NCBI GenBank assembly: GCA_034780895.1
Contig: JAUZTB010000064.1
Span: 110,010,301-110,074,300 of the forward strand
Reading direction: 5' to 3'
Source of the DNA: Rhynchobatus australiae
Taxonomy: Eukaryota
DNA length: 64,000 nucleotides
Shown: in pieces, positions 63,406-64,000 of the stretch
How positions within the stretch are numbered: position 1 is the stretch's first letter
How the letters are laid out: every line of letters starts with the position of its first letter
Translations under genes and position numbers: made by a program
Notes under the pieces: model-generated
What the model was told of the DNA's origin: nothing
What the model saw: only the letters and a program-made list of their open reading frames with translations
Databases searched by the model: none

Positions 63406-64000
63406 TTGCTATCACGTCAAAATAGTTTTCAAAAAGATAGAACTCCAAGTTCAACCTATGATCCACACTTTAGTTAATAAATCTCAATATAATCATTGAG
63501 GGAAATTAGATGACTAATCACAAGTGCTTCAGATAGAATACAAACTACTTTACAAAGACTGCTAGAGCATTTGGGCAAAAATTGAAGCTTTTCTGCACAA
63601 AGCAAGATTACTTTATTAAACTAAAGCAATCATAGATGAATCCTATGACAGAGTCTTGTGCTGTATCAATCCACAATTATGGTTATGTTCTTCAGAAGCA
63701 AAACATTTGAACATACGCATTTTAGTTTTAAGCAGTGGTTTATTAAAGATAAACTTAGAATAGTCAGTCCAACAATGAGTTGTTGCAGAAAATGAAATGA
63801 AATGTTGCAAATATATATTTAAATGAATCAGATTAGTTCACATTCTATATCTCTATAATATATAAACAACGCAAACATCAATCTATCCACATTCAGATAT
63901 TCCATTAAGTGTCTAGAAATGGAATTTCCAAATGCCTTGTCTAAATTGGTTTGTGAGAGTTGCTAAGCACCCTGAATGAAAAATAGGGAACAAAGCATTG

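Larger units (their letters stand above)
1..64000 (-). other. LRBA: Partial LRBA transcription unit; introns 49821-62183 (about 12.4 kb), 29640-49711 (about 20.1 kb) and 1-29472 (over 29 kb unless the next exon sits in a gap)
   Basis: Three in-phase internal exons. The expected neighbouring exons (...VELVMLLCSQ upstream; ...FWRLDYWEDDLRRRRRF... downstream) were not seen, so they lie outside the window or in N gaps. Confidence 0.85.

Noticed and set aside
1-64000. MAB21L2 coding sequence, CRISPR arrays, tRNA/rRNA genes, prokaryotic systems
   Set aside because: No long single-exon ORF, no regularly spaced repeat array; tRNA-like boxes are SINE heads; the DNA is vertebrate intronic sequence.

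Overview
Eukaryotic, AT-rich, CpG-depleted genomic DNA from a gapped assembly. The repeat families (CR1 and L2 LINEs, V-SINE/HE1-like and Deu-domain SINEs, Penelope-like elements, RTE) point to a cartilaginous fish (shark or ray). The whole window appears to lie inside the LRBA gene on the minus strand. Three short coding exons (62248-62184, 49820-49712, 29639-29473) have canonical GT-AG sites and consistent phases. They splice to [113 protein letters not shown], the DUF1088 region upstream of PH-BEACH. The ORF track recovers none of these exons; its ORFs are TE debris, N-gap artefacts or chance. The remainder is intronic: nested decayed retroelements plus blocks with no repeat I could recognise and dense transcription-factor motifs, which may be enhancers of the LRBA-nested gene MAB21L2. 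Most notable observations: (1) eight copies of a Penelope-associated 37-nt motif whose consensus is a minimal, dimer-type hammerhead ribozyme, including a head-to-head inverted pair; (2) a candidate poison exon whose 5' splice site is buried in a perfect 12-bp hairpin; (3) an RTE LINE with a twin-priming-type 5' inversion and a captured local sequence; (4) an LTR element with TG..CA ends and a 4-bp TSD; (5) a perfect DR4 plus HNF1 motif cluster. Repeat family names and boundaries come from recalled consensus similarity and are approximate.
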